The notes: generated from the sequence alone by a model not told the origin. 48,299 nt of DNA from an uncultured Candidatus Saccharibacteria bacterium (GCA_964618925.1 CAZUCZ010000002.1:1-48299); one strand, 5' to 3'; positions 8,805 to 18,191 are shown, counted from the first letter of the stretch. Made by a program: numbers and translations.

Positions 8805-11509
8805 TAATACTGATTATACTCGTTGGATTTTTTAGTCCAGAAGTAAAAGTAAGTGCTCAAACCTGGCAACCCGGAGACAGAGCACTATGCACAGTAATGG
8901 TCCCAGACCCCACTTCAAATACTGGTGTATATACATACTATAAAGATTATTTTACATCATATTCTGATTGTAAAAGCTGGGAGGAAAAGTACGTTCCAAA
9001 TACAACACTTCAACGTTACAGAATTAGTTTTGAAAAAAGAGATGGTCATTGTGAAGACACTTCGGGTAATATTTATGAATATGGGCCTATCTCCTGTGCA
9101 TCTACAATATTTAAGACATATAAGTGGGTTAACACTGGGCAAAATAATGATGAAATAGTTTCACCTGGGAGTAATACTTCTGGAGATGCGACCACGGCAG
9201 GAACTTGTTATTATGGAGCAGGTAGTAATGCTGCTAGTCAAGGCATTAAAGCTAAATTTCCAAAAACAAAACAGGAATGTACCAATGATGGCTCAAGTGA
9301 CTGGAAAGAGGGTGACTGGACCAACGGAGGTCAAGATAAAAATGGGCAGACTGCTCCAATAAGTAGTGGCACAGTAAGCACCGGCGCATCTTCAAGCTCT
9401 AGTACTCGTGATTTGTTCGGGCACTGTACATTTGATTCTAATTTTTCTATGGGTGCGTGTATCACGTCTTGGGGATACTATATCTTAGTCACCTTGCCGT
9501 CGTATATATTGTATTTCACTGCATACATGTTCAACATCATGCTGGCACTGACACTCGGCACAGTGCTGTATGATAATAATTTCTTACCTGAAGCATGGAG
9601 AATCGTACGTGATTTTTCAAACATATTCTTTATCCTTGTATTGTTATATATATCTATCAAGATGATTCTCGGGCTCGGTGGCTCTGATATTAAGAAAATG
9701 ATAGTGAATGTTATCATCGCGGCATTACTCATAAACTTCTCTATGTTTTTCACCCAAGTAGTGATCGACTCTTCAAACATCCTCGCTCTTATTTTCTATA
9801 ACAAAATAAATGTTGTATCTGCCAACCCAGCAAGCCCATCTATCAGTGGCACTACTGCAGGGGCTAACACACAATCAGATATCCAAACAGGGGGGAACTA
9901 TAACACTGTAGTAAATGGTGCGGTGAATGGTATCCAAGACAAAGACATAGCCGCGGGTATCGTCACCGGATTCAATCCAGCAAACTTTATTAACCCAAGC
10001 GTCGCACAGAGACTCAACACTAAACTCGAAGAAAAACCTAAGGATGCTGGTTCATTTTATTCGACAGTGGCAGGATGTACCGCTGGCGCAGTCGGGGGTA
10101 TCGTAGGTATACCTATCGGGTGTGTTGTCGGGTATTCACTATATCAAGCAGGCAGTAATTCTACACTGCCATTTGCGATCGCACTTGCCATAGAAGTCAC
10201 AGCGTTTGCGATATACCTCTTTGCTTCGTATGCATTCTTTATGGCTGGTTTTTCATTCATCGGACGATTGATCGAACTCTGGATACTGATCATCTTTTCA
10301 CCGTTTGCATTTATGTCGCTATCTATACCACAGCTCGAAGGTGTGAAATATCTCGGATTCAAAGACTGGAGCGAGCGCCTCATAAAGACTGCATTCATGG
10401 CACCGATATTTATGTTCTTCTTGCTCCTCATCACTAAACTCATCCAAGTAGATATTTTTAGTCCAGTATTAGATACCAAGACGGATACTTCGATACCTCG
10501 CACCCTCATCATTATCGCAATTCCTGCGATTATATATATCAGTATGCTATACAAGGCGACAGAGTATGCCAAGGAAGGCTCTGGAGAATTCGGCAAGGCA
10601 GTTATAAAATATGGAACAATGGCAGCGGGACTCGTCGGCGGACTCGCCCTCACCGCAGCATCAGGCGGGGCATCAATTGCCTTAACAGCTGGACTTGGAT
10701 CCGTAGCGTCAGCTGCAAAAAATAGCCAAGGGTTAAAGGATGCAGCTTCACAAAAAGGATTTCGTGGTGCTGCTGCTAGAATGGCACTCAGAACAGCTGA
10801 TTATGGATCAAAAGCATCCTATGATATAAGAAAAATTCCTGGCATTGGTAACCTTGCAAAAAAAGCTGGAATAAATATGGAAGTAGGAAAAAGCCTTGGA
10901 TTGGGTGCTCTCAGTATGAAAGAAGGTGGTTATGAACAGAGAAGAAAAGAGAGGCAGGAAAAAGACCTTAAGCGTGCAAAACTTCTTGAGGTGTCAGAAG
11001 ATGAACCACTCAAACAAGCACTCAATAAAACAGAGAGTGATCTACAGGAACTCTTAGGTAAAAATGCAAAAGAGATTGAAAGCATAGATAAATTAATAGA
11101 GAAGAAAAAAGATGAAGTTTCCGCAGCAAGCAGTAAATTCAATGCGGCGAAAGGAACGGCAGGAGAGGCTGCGGCTAGAACTGCCCTACAAAACGCAAAC
11201 GAAAATCTAGACAATATCAAAAAAGCTAAAAAAGATTTAGTAACGGGAAGCGCTTATAGTTACACAGATCTACCTGGCACCGGAACAACAACACTTACAG
11301 GAGCTGCAATTTTAGCTGGAACTAAAAGTATTGATGACCTAGAAAAAGATCAGAAAACCCAGAAACAAAATATAAGAAACAGAAATATCACACGAAAGAG
11401 AGACCAAGCAGATAGCATAGAAAATAGATGGTTCTGGGGTAGAACAAATAGAGAAGTAGCACATAAAATAAGAATGGAGGAAAAATTAGATAGTGGAACA
11501 AAACATTAA
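8741..11509 (+). CDS. Polytopic inner-membrane protein, VirB6/TrbL-like, with a Cys-rich extracytoplasmic N-domain and a coiled-coil C-tail
   Basis: 922 aa with a signal/TM segment, a roughly 200-aa Cys-containing domain, at least 6 hydrophobic helices (e.g. IFFILVLLYISIKMILGLGG, IIAALLINFSMFFTQVVI), then a K/E-rich coiled coil. It lies upstream of the PrgI-like and VirB4 genes. The family call is by architecture and context only. Confidence 0.55.
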   Translation: MIIKDKIKLISKAKSKILVLGLILIILVGFFSPEVKVSAQTWQPGDRALCTVMVPDPTSNTGVYTYYKDYFTSYSDCKSWEEKYVPNTTLQRYRISFEKRDGHCEDTSGNIYEYGPISCASTIFKTYKWVNTGQNNDEIVSPGSNTSGDATTAGTCYYGAGSNAASQGIKAKFPKTKQECTNDGSSDWKEGDWTNGGQDKNGQTAPISSGTVSTGASSSSSTRDLFGHCTFDSNFSMGACITSWGYYILVTLPSYILYFTAYMFNIMLALTLGTVLYDNNFLPEAWRIVRDFSNIFFILVLLYISIKMILGLGGSDIKKMIVNVIIAALLINFSMFFTQVVIDSSNILALIFYNKINVVSANPASPSISGTTAGANTQSDIQTGGNYNTVVNGAVNGIQDKDIAAGIVTGFNPANFINPSVAQRLNTKLEEKPKDAGSFYSTVAGCTAGAVGGIVGIPIGCVVGYSLYQAGSNSTLPFAIALAIEVTAFAIYLFASYAFFMAGFSFIGRLIELWILIIFSPFAFMSLSIPQLEGVKYLGFKDWSERLIKTAFMAPIFMFFLLLITKLIQVDIFSPVLDTKTDTSIPRTLIIIAIPAIIYISMLYKATEYAKEGSGEFGKAVIKYGTMAAGLVGGLALTAASGGASIALTAGLGSVASAAKNSQGLKDAASQKGFRGAAARMALRTADYGSKASYDIRKIPGIGNLAKKAGINMEVGKSLGLGALSMKEGGYEQRRKERQEKDLKRAKLLEVSEDEPLKQALNKTESDLQELLGKNAKEIESIDKLIEKKKDEVSAASSKFNAAKGTAGEAAARTALQNANENLDNIKKAKKDLVTGSAYSYTDLPGTGTTTLTGAAILAGTKSIDDLEKDQKTQKQNIRNRNITRKRDQADSIENRWFWGRTNREVAHKIRMEEKLDSGTKH

Positions 11510-11518
11510 GATAAACAT

Positions 11519-12010
11519 ATGACAGAAAAATTAAAACAAAGAAGTCGGGAAGAAATATTGAAACTACCAAAAGAAGCACAGGAAGCTATTAATGCCATAA
11601 ATTGGGCAAATATTTCAGAGGAAATTGGTAAAAAATATCTATCTAACGAAAATGAAATAAATAATTTCCAAGTTGAAACTTTATTAATCTTGACAGGAAT
11701 AGAAGATGCGCAGGACTATGCTTTGAATATAGAAAGAGAGGTGGGTACCAGTAAAACTGAAGCAGAAAAAATAGCGGATGAAGTATTTGAAAAAATATTA
11801 AAACCAATTACCGAAACACTCGAGGATAATATAAAGAAAAACCTAGGAAACAAAAGGACAACACCAATGCAAAATATTGATTTCATATTATCAGGCGGAG
11901 ACTATACAAGCTTTTTAGATACACCAGGCAGAGCAAATGAAACAGAAACCACGGATAAAATTCTAGGTACATCAAATATCCTCGAAGTGAAGGATAGACT
12001 CATTAATTAG
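11519..12010 (+). CDS. Hypothetical helical protein, paralog of the next gene
   Basis: 163 aa. Shares an N-terminal pattern LP.E...AI.A..W......ET.L.L.G...Y with ORF 12038..12850. Confidence 0.6.
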   Translation: MTEKLKQRSREEILKLPKEAQEAINAINWANISEEIGKKYLSNENEINNFQVETLLILTGIEDAQDYALNIEREVGTSKTEAEKIADEVFEKILKPITETLEDNIKKNLGNKRTTPMQNIDFILSGGDYTSFLDTPGRANETETTDKILGTSNILEVKDRLIN

Positions 12011-12037
12011 ATAGCTAAATAATGTTACAATTAAAGA

Positions 12038-12850
12038 ATGCAAATTATGTCAGACGACAACACAATAGATTTACTAAAAATAAAAATAGAGCGTGCAAAA
12101 GAACAATTGCCGATTGAAACATTAAATGCAATTGCAGCAGTAGACTGGAAGGCTGCTATCCTCGCACTCCGAGAAAGAAAAGGCTACAGCTTTGAACAGC
12201 TCGGCGACCTAGAAACAGAGACAGAACTCGTCCTTTGTGGACTTGTCAGCTCTACTGAATACCCAAAAGAACTCCAGCATCGCATGAATATATCCAAAGC
12301 AGAAGTAGATGAACTCGTACAAGAAATGAACGTAGCAGTATTCTCAAAAATCAAAGAAGAATTGATAAAAAACACAGAAAGAAAGAAGATTTTTCAAAAG
12401 AAAAATGCAGAAGAAGCACGGTCTATGGATATCTCTCCAGTACCTCCGGTTTCTATAAACACACCCCCTCCAGTCATAGATAAGGTAGATGCCGCAGTAC
12501 TACAAAAGGCGGGGATAGAAGTAGATAAAGTTGTGGATATAGACAAACCTGCACAGGATATCTTTAGCACAGGAGGCATAAGCACTGCACAACTAGAACC
12601 TGCCCGCAATGCTTCCAGCATAGCTGATGCAGGCGGGGAAAACAGAGAAGAGCTACTAAAGAAGATAGAAAACCCCGAGCCTCCTCAGTCACTACTCGCA
12701 CAAAAGCTCTCTAATACGGTACAAACCCCAACAACAACGACTGACCATGTTTTAGACAATATCAGCAAGCCAAACACCGACACACATATCCCCGTAGTAG
12801 AAAAAAGTATTAAAACCAAGATAGACCCGTACCGTGAAATCCCGGAGTAA
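12038..12850 (+). CDS. Hypothetical protein; helical N-domain paralogous to 11519..12010 plus a Pro/Thr-rich tail
   Basis: 270 aa. The N-terminal roughly 110 aa align with the preceding ORF. The C-terminal half is low complexity (PVPPVSINTPPPV..). Confidence 0.6.
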   Translation: MQIMSDDNTIDLLKIKIERAKEQLPIETLNAIAAVDWKAAILALRERKGYSFEQLGDLETETELVLCGLVSSTEYPKELQHRMNISKAEVDELVQEMNVAVFSKIKEELIKNTERKKIFQKKNAEEARSMDISPVPPVSINTPPPVIDKVDAAVLQKAGIEVDKVVDIDKPAQDIFSTGGISTAQLEPARNASSIADAGGENREELLKKIENPEPPQSLLAQKLSNTVQTPTTTTDHVLDNISKPNTDTHIPVVEKSIKTKIDPYREIPE

Positions 12851-12865
12851 TAGTAATCAATCATT

Positions 12866-13291
12866 ATGCAATTTAAAGTTCCACAATTTTTAGAAATAGA
12901 AGATAAGATTTTTGGACCCTTTACCTTTCGGGAGTTCGTGTATTTAGCCGGCGGCGCAGGGATGTGTTTTGTCGTGTATAAGTTACTTGGGCTCGTCTTG
13001 GGTGCGATACCAATACTCTTGATAGGAGGGTTTGCTGGTATGCTTACATTTTATCGCCCAAACAACAAACCTTTTCTCGACATGCTCGAAGCTGGTTTTA
13101 AATATGGCACACAAAGCAAACTCTATATCTGGAAACGACGCCAAATAAAATCCACCGACAAAAAGACGCCAAGTGGAGCGGAGAATAAAGACATGCTGCT
13201 ACAAGAAAACGGTATGCGCCTCACCGGCAATAAATTACGAGATTTGGCGTGGAGTTTAGATGTGCTTGATTTGAAAAAAGAAGGAAACTAG
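12866..13291 (+). CDS. PrgI-family / VirB3-like small membrane protein
   Basis: The N-terminus QFKVPQFLEIEDKIFGPFTFREFVYL followed by two TM helices is the pattern I associate with PrgI-family proteins of Gram-positive conjugation systems. It lies immediately upstream of VirB4. Confidence 0.65.
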   Translation: MQFKVPQFLEIEDKIFGPFTFREFVYLAGGAGMCFVVYKLLGLVLGAIPILLIGGFAGMLTFYRPNNKPFLDMLEAGFKYGTQSKLYIWKRRQIKSTDKKTPSGAENKDMLLQENGMRLTGNKLRDLAWSLDVLDLKKEGN

Positions 13292-13368
13292 GTCTTTAGG
13301 ATCTTAGGTTATGGTATGATACTAAAACCTCAGGTCCTAGTGCCCCAGATATCAGGACTAGAAACAAT

Positions 13369-14007
13369 ATGGCATTAAATGCAAAAGCAACACAAGAATT
13401 CGTACCGATAAAAGAAGTACGCGATGGAGTAATCGTGCTTAAAGATGGCGGCTTGCGAGCGATTGTCCTCGCAAATTCTGTAAACCTATCCCTAAAATCT
13501 GAAGACGAGCAGAAGGCAACGATAATTCAATTCCAAAATTTCTTAAATACCCTTGATTTTGCAATACAAATCTCAGTGCAATCACGCAGGCTTGATATTA
13601 GACCATATCTACTGCTCCTCGAGAATAGAATCAAAACCCAAAATGAACCACTGTTAAAAATTCAGACAAAAGAATACATAGAATTCATCAGGAGTTTTAC
13701 CGAATCTGTAAACATTATGACGAAAAGTTTCTTTGTGGTCGTACCATACACCCATACCGTACTCAAATCAGACACTGGATTCTTCCAAAAAATATTCAAA
13801 CGCCAAAGCAAGGAAGAAAAAGCAACACTCAAAGAAGAAGATTTTGAAGAAAAGCGTTCACAGCTCGAAGAGAGAGTAGGCGTCATCCAGCAAGGACTCG
13901 CACGCTGTGGTATAAAATCAGCAGCCCTCGGCACAGAAGAAGTGGTAGAAGTGTTCTACAAAGTCTTTAATCCGGGAGAAGTAGAAGGTAAAATAAGAAT
14001 TGAATAA
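13369..14007 (+). CDS. VirB4 N-terminal-domain fragment (separate ORF or interrupted gene)
   Basis: EFVPIKEVRDGVIVLKDGGLRAIV..NLSLKSEDEQ..IIQFQNFLNTLDFAIQISVQS resembles the first roughly 200 aa of Firmicutes-type VirB4 (Tn916 Orf16 / ConE-like). It is in the same frame as 14011..15864, separated only by TAA TAT. Confidence 0.55.
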   Translation: MALNAKATQEFVPIKEVRDGVIVLKDGGLRAIVLANSVNLSLKSEDEQKATIIQFQNFLNTLDFAIQISVQSRRLDIRPYLLLLENRIKTQNEPLLKIQTKEYIEFIRSFTESVNIMTKSFFVVVPYTHTVLKSDTGFFQKIFKRQSKEEKATLKEEDFEEKRSQLEERVGVIQQGLARCGIKSAALGTEEVVEVFYKVFNPGEVEGKIRIE

Positions 14008-14010
14008 TAT

Positions 14011-15864
14011 ATGGACTTTTTTAAAAAATTATTTGGTGGAAAAAGTAATAGTGCAAACCAAGGAGCTGAGATGAAGGCATCTATTATGTCTGTATTGCCA
14101 GGGGAGATATACACTTCGGCAAATATCGAACTCCAAGACATCATCGCTCCGTCTGCACTAAAAATAGAATCCAAATCCATAAACCTCGGAGAAAAAATAG
14201 CACGTACTTTTTTCATCATATCGTATCCTCGGTTTCTAACTGATAATTGGTTTTCACCAATCATCAACCTCGACAAGGTGTTTGATATCTCGATCTTCGT
14301 CCACCCGATAGATACATCACTCGCACTCAGACAATTCCAAAAAAAGGTTGCTGAGGTGCAAAGTCAGATCAGTGTGCGAGAGCGAAAAGGTATGGTCCGT
14401 GACCCGATGCTCGACACTGCATACCAAGACCTCGAAAGTCTACGTGATAGCCTTATCCAAGCACAGGAAAAAATGTTTGATATGGGCATATATATCACTA
14501 TATATGCCGATGATGAGATGGAGCTCTTCCGTATTGAAAATGAAATAAAATCAATGCTTGAATCACGTTTGATCTATATAAAACCAGCATTATTCCAACA
14601 AGAAGAAGGTTTTAAGAGTATTATCCCTATCAATACAGACCTCTTAAACATCCACCAAAAATTAAATTCAGAACCACTCTCGAGTACATTTCCATTTGTA
14701 TCATTTGACCTTACTTCAGATACAGGAATACTCTATGGTATCAATAGACATAATTCGAGTTTGGTAATCTTTGATAGATTCTCTCTTGAAAACTACAATT
14801 CAGTAACTTTTGCAAAATCCGGCTCAGGAAAATCGTATGCAACCAAACTAGAAATATTAAGGTCCCTCATGTTTGATGTAGATGTGATGGTAATCGACCC
14901 TGAAAAAGAATACGAATTCTTGTCTGAAGCGGTAGGGGGGAGATATTTTAATATTTCATTGTCATCCGAACACCACATGAACCCATTTGATCTACCGATG
15001 CCTCGCGAAGACGAGACTGCCGAAGACGTCCTTAGATCAAACATCATCAACTTGGTCGGACTATTTAGGCTCATGCTCGGTGGACTTACTCCAGAAGAAG
15101 ATTCGATTGTCGATCGTGCTATTTCAGAAACATACGCGATGAAAGACATCACACCTGAGTCTGATTTCTCAAATATTGAACCACCATTACTCTCTGATTT
15201 TGAAATGGTACTTTCGGGAATGGAAGGCTCGGATTCTATCATCTCTAGACTTTCTAAGTACACGAGGGGTTCATGGTCTACATTCCTAAACAGACCAAGT
15301 AACGTGGACATTAATAAAAAGTTCGTTGTATTTTCTATTCGAGACATGGAAGACGAACTCAAACCTGTGGCAATGTATATCATCATGCACTATATCTGGA
15401 ACGCTATTCGTAAAAACCTAAAGAAACGCTTGCTTGTGGTAGATGAGGCATGGTGGATGATGAAATCAGAAGATACTGCATCATTCTTGTACTCTATCGC
15501 AAAACGCGGTAGAAAATACTATCTCGGTCTTGCAACCATCACCCAAGATGCTGCAGACTTTATGAAGTCACCATATGGAGTACCGATCGTTACCAACTCT
15601 TCTATTCAGATGCTTTTAAAGCAATCACCAACCACCATCGACATCCTCCAAAAGACCTTCAACCTTACAGATGAAGAAAAATACCTACTGCTTGAGTCAG
15701 GAGTCGGAGAAGGGATATTCTTTGCAGGACTCAAACACGTGGCGATAAAGATAGTGGCTTCGTACACCGAAGACCAGATCATCACCTCAGACCCTTCACA
15801 GATACTCTTAAACAGAAAGGAAAAAGAAGACTACGAAGCAATGGTAAAGAAAGCCAAACTCTAA
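14011..15864 (+). CDS. virB4: Type IV secretion ATPase, VirB4 family (middle and ATPase domains)
   Basis: IIAPSALKIE...SYPRFL motif, Walker A FAKSGSGKSYATK, Walker B LLVVDEAWWMM, and the RKYYLGLATITQD motif. Confidence 0.85.
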   Translation: MDFFKKLFGGKSNSANQGAEMKASIMSVLPGEIYTSANIELQDIIAPSALKIESKSINLGEKIARTFFIISYPRFLTDNWFSPIINLDKVFDISIFVHPIDTSLALRQFQKKVAEVQSQISVRERKGMVRDPMLDTAYQDLESLRDSLIQAQEKMFDMGIYITIYADDEMELFRIENEIKSMLESRLIYIKPALFQQEEGFKSIIPINTDLLNIHQKLNSEPLSSTFPFVSFDLTSDTGILYGINRHNSSLVIFDRFSLENYNSVTFAKSGSGKSYATKLEILRSLMFDVDVMVIDPEKEYEFLSEAVGGRYFNISLSSEHHMNPFDLPMPREDETAEDVLRSNIINLVGLFRLMLGGLTPEEDSIVDRAISETYAMKDITPESDFSNIEPPLLSDFEMVLSGMEGSDSIISRLSKYTRGSWSTFLNRPSNVDINKKFVVFSIRDMEDELKPVAMYIIMHYIWNAIRKNLKKRLLVVDEAWWMMKSEDTASFLYSIAKRGRKYYLGLATITQDAADFMKSPYGVPIVTNSSIQMLLKQSPTTIDILQKTFNLTDEEKYLLLESGVGEGIFFAGLKHVAIKIVASYTEDQIITSDPSQILLNRKEKEDYEAMVKKAKL

Positions 15865-15879
15865 AAGAGTTTGGCTTTT
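15852..15879 (+). terminator. Rho-independent terminator overlapping the virB4 stop codon
   Basis: Perfect 11-bp stem agccaaactct / agagtttggct with loop aaa, followed by ttt. Confidence 0.6.
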
Positions 15880-15923
15880 GGTGCAAAAGAGGGGAAGGGC
15901 TTTGTAGAAGTTTCGCTACAGGG

Positions 15924-15929
15924 TATAAT
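15924..15929 (+). promoter_or_regulatory. -10 box TATAAT 7 nt upstream of the ATG at 15937
   Basis: gggtataattaatactATG. Confidence 0.35.
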
Positions 15930-15936
15930 TAATACT

Positions 15937-16926
15937 ATGAATAGAGGACGTACATCTTTAATACTCTTTTTTGTTATCTGTGCACTATTGGTCAGTGCAC
16001 CTATCAAAATTTACGCGGTATCTCCGAGCTCTATTAACGTAGATATAGCTCCAATAAACCCAAACCCAGGTGAAAATACTACGATCACACTCAGTAGTTA
16101 TGCCACAAACCTAGATACGGTAAATATTTCTTGGTTTGTAAATGGCAAGAAAACTTCCGCCGATACTGGAATGAAATCTTTTAGTATCGTGGCACCGAGC
16201 GCAGGCACTGAAACCACGGTCAGAGCTGTCGTATCCATGACTGACGGAGACATAGAGAAAAAGATAGTGATACGCCCATCTACACTGGTACTACTCTGGC
16301 AAGCCATAGATTCATATGTACCTCCTTTTTATAAAGGAAAGGCATTACCCACTCCTGATAGTCAAATCAAAGTAGTAGCTATGCCTGAAGCAAAAAATAA
16401 AACAGGTTTGGTAAACCCTAAAAATCTTATCTACACCTGGAAGAAAAATTACAGTAATGATGCTACAAGCTCTGGATATGGTAAAAATGCACTTACTTTT
16501 GTGAATGATTATTTGGAAGATTTAGATACCATCAGCGTAAATGCAGCAACTACTGATGGACAATACTCTTCAAATGCAAGTATTAATATTACTGCCTCAG
16601 ATCCAAAAATATCTTTTTATAAAAACGATCCTGCACTAGGAATACTCTGGAACCAGGCGCTCCATAATGGACATAAAATACAAGGTGATGAGATCATCGT
16701 CGGAGAACCATATTTTATTTCACCTAAAAATTTAACAAGCAATAACCTGATATGGAATTGGTTTATAAACAATAATCTGACAAATAATACCTTAAATTAC
16801 AGGAAAAATTGGCTACCAATAAAGATAGAAGGGGGAGTGACCGGCACATCAAACATAGGTCTACAGATAGAAAATCAAGCAGAGCTCCTCGGCAATGTAA
16901 GTAATTCAATCAATGTGGAATTTTAA
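15937..16926 (+). CDS. Secreted hypothetical protein, beta-rich (329 aa)
   Basis: The ATG at 15937 gives MNRGRTSLILFFVICALLVSAPIKIYA, a signal peptide. The track start at 15871 is TTG inside the upstream terminator. Confidence 0.65.
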   Translation: MNRGRTSLILFFVICALLVSAPIKIYAVSPSSINVDIAPINPNPGENTTITLSSYATNLDTVNISWFVNGKKTSADTGMKSFSIVAPSAGTETTVRAVVSMTDGDIEKKIVIRPSTLVLLWQAIDSYVPPFYKGKALPTPDSQIKVVAMPEAKNKTGLVNPKNLIYTWKKNYSNDATSSGYGKNALTFVNDYLEDLDTISVNAATTDGQYSSNASINITASDPKISFYKNDPALGILWNQALHNGHKIQGDEIIVGEPYFISPKNLTSNNLIWNWFINNNLTNNTLNYRKNWLPIKIEGGVTGTSNIGLQIENQAELLGNVSNSINVEF

Positions 16927-16927
16927 A

Positions 16928-17000
16928 ACCTGTCCCGTATTAAATTTTTGATTAAAGCAAATGACCATTATAAATAACAACTTAAAATTTTAGTACTGGG
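16928..17000 (+). repeat. CCCGTA-hairpin repeat, family B, copy 2
   Basis: acctgtcccgtattaaatttttgatt ... aaaattttagtactggg directly abutting the ATG at 17001. The interior resembles copy 1. Confidence 0.7.
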
Positions 17001-18161
17001 ATGAAAAAACTTTTATCTCATATATTTATTTTTATCTCAATCGTTGCAGTATGTAATGGTTCATTACAGGTATATGCAGCACCTGGTGATATAGACTGTA
17101 GTCTACCTTCAAACCAAAATAATATAGAATGTCTTACCCCGGTACAATCATCGACAACAGCCGAACAAAGAGCGATAGATGCCCAGCAGCAAGCGCAAGA
17201 ATTATTACGAGTCAGTGAAGCAGCAAAAAATGGGAAATTAGCTGGTGAAAATACAGTAGGAGATGGAAGCTATCATCTCCTCCAACCCCTCCCTTGTAAA
17301 GACGGAGAGGAAGGATGTGTAAATGGGAAACTTACATCTTTTAACCCTGCAGAGAGTGGTAAACTCGGAGAATATTTAAACTTTGGTATTAGATTGTTTA
17401 TTGGGTTATGTGCAGTAGCGGCAGTGGTAATGATTGTAGTAGGTGGTATTGAGTATGCAACCAGTGAGTTAAGTCATAGTAAGACTGCAGCGAAAGATAG
17501 GATATATAATGCGATCTTTGGGTTATTGCTTGCTCTGGGATCATATACGATCTTGTATACGGTAAATCCTGACTTGCTGAAGACTGATTTTGATGTGGGT
17601 GGGGGGACGCTGACGAGTAGTGGGGAGATATCAATAAAAGAGTTAGAAGAAAGAATTATTACCGTTGGAGGTCCAATTACTGATAAAAACCGAGGTAGCA
17701 TTGGTACTCCTTGTGATGCTAATGTCATTTTTAACGCAGCACAATCTGCTGGTCGTACTTTAACTAAAGAACAGGCAGCTGCTATGGGATGTATCGGTGG
17801 AGCTGAATCTGGGGGGTGTAAAAATGTACAAGCTAATGTCACAGGAGTAACTAGTAGTGCTTCTGGTCCATTTCAAATTTTAGGATCAAATAGAACAAGA
17901 CTTGGTAACACCACAGCCTGTAAAAACAATCCAAGTAGTCTTGAATGCAATGCTACAATAGCTGCAGGATTATTACTAAGACAAACAAATTATCGAGACT
18001 GGCTAGATACTCAATACCCATGTAGTAATGCAAAATGTGTGATTAGATTTGATCCTCAGAAGGTAGATAGAGGAGTACAACTTCCAGAGTGGGTAAAGGT
18101 TGGTAAAAACTGGGTAAAAACAGACAGGAAAAGAAATCCTTATACAGGTTGTGGTTTGTAA
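17001..18161 (+). CDS. Pilin-like (VirB2/TrbC-type two-TM module) protein fused to a C-terminal lytic-transglycosylase-like domain
   Basis: Signal peptide, then LLQPLPC...FGIRLFIGLCAVAAVVMIVVGGI (TM1), a charged loop, and AIFGLLLALGSYTILYTV (TM2). The C-terminal part has GGAESGG...SASGPFQI, resembling the SLT catalytic E-S and G-x-x-Q-I motifs. Confidence 0.6.
   Translation: MKKLLSHIFIFISIVAVCNGSLQVYAAPGDIDCSLPSNQNNIECLTPVQSSTTAEQRAIDAQQQAQELLRVSEAAKNGKLAGENTVGDGSYHLLQPLPCKDGEEGCVNGKLTSFNPAESGKLGEYLNFGIRLFIGLCAVAAVVMIVVGGIEYATSELSHSKTAAKDRIYNAIFGLLLALGSYTILYTVNPDLLKTDFDVGGGTLTSSGEISIKELEERIITVGGPITDKNRGSIGTPCDANVIFNAAQSAGRTLTKEQAAAMGCIGGAESGGCKNVQANVTGVTSSASGPFQILGSNRTRLGNTTACKNNPSSLECNATIAAGLLLRQTNYRDWLDTQYPCSNAKCVIRFDPQKVDRGVQLPEWVKVGKNWVKTDRKRNPYTGCGL
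17277..17612 (+). repeat. 336-bp inverted repeat, copy 1 (pilin module); partner at 32121..32456
   Basis: Manual alignment to the reverse complement of 32121..32456. Positions 17277-17533 are identical (257 nt). Six mismatches lie in the last 79 nt, all synonymous. Confidence 0.95.
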
Positions 18162-18191
18162 TACTTAAAATAAGTATTAATAGATAAGCAA

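Noticed and set aside
8741-13291. Four consecutive genes (8741, 11519, 12038, 12866) all lie in the same reading frame, suggesting readthrough or fusion
   Set aside because: The gaps contain multiple in-frame stops (for example TAG, TAA and TAA between 12010 and 12038). The chance of this coincidence is about 1 in 27. Only the 14005 TAA between the VirB4 parts is a single stop with homology support.
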